Assembly: GCA_964016885.1 (NCBI GenBank)
Contig: OZ024740.1
Span: forward strand, 189,100,001 to 189,164,000
Direction: 5' to 3'
Source of the DNA: Eledone cirrhosa
Taxonomy: Eukaryota
Length of the DNA stretch: 64,000 nt
In this document: one piece after another, positions 63,690 through 64,000 of the stretch
Position numbering within the stretch: the stretch's first letter is position 1
Layout: the number at the start of each line of letters is the position of its first letter
Position numbers and translations under genes: made by a program
The notes under the pieces: generated by a model
Told to the model about the DNA's origin: nothing
The model's database searches: none
Seen by the model: only the letters and a program-made list of their open reading frames with translations

Positions 63690-64000
63690 GTAAGCCCTGC
63701 TAATGGCTGTATTAAACTGGACAATGCAATAAGTTTACCAAAGAAGTAAAAAGATGGAGCAGTATAACTATCCCAAAGCATACCGCCATTGGCTCTAACG
63801 ATTCCGTCACTTCATCATCCTAGATCGACACTTTATTTATCGTCACCAAAAGTGCGCAAGGCAAAAGTTGGTCGTAGTGGGATATAAGCCGGAACACCGT
63901 ATCTGCCAAATCACTGCAAATATATTTAGATATTCTTTCTTCTGGTTGAGGTTCCAGTGAAGAATAACCGTAGTAGACGGCTTTCCAATAGCTTAGTTTC

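Overview
AT-rich, microsatellite-saturated animal DNA. The SINE types and (TA)n load resemble Octopus or another cephalopod (inference). No intact host CDS is supportable, and almost all long ORFs in the track are (TA)n/(TATG)n artefacts. The window holds a decayed CsRn1-clade Ty3/Gypsy element with an aberrant duplicated flank, CR1-like, R4/Dong-like, RTE, CRE-like and Penelope (Naiad-type GIY-YIG) remnants, a deleted mariner, a hAT MITE, a probable Helitron and many tRNA-SINEs. The most striking signal is a set of at least 5 unrelated, ORF-less fold-back (palindromic) elements, each in or abutting (TA)n. Most carry type-I hammerhead ribozyme motifs, and the window has about 8 hand-foldable hammerheads in all. 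All folds and alignments were done by eye; coordinates may be off by a few bases.
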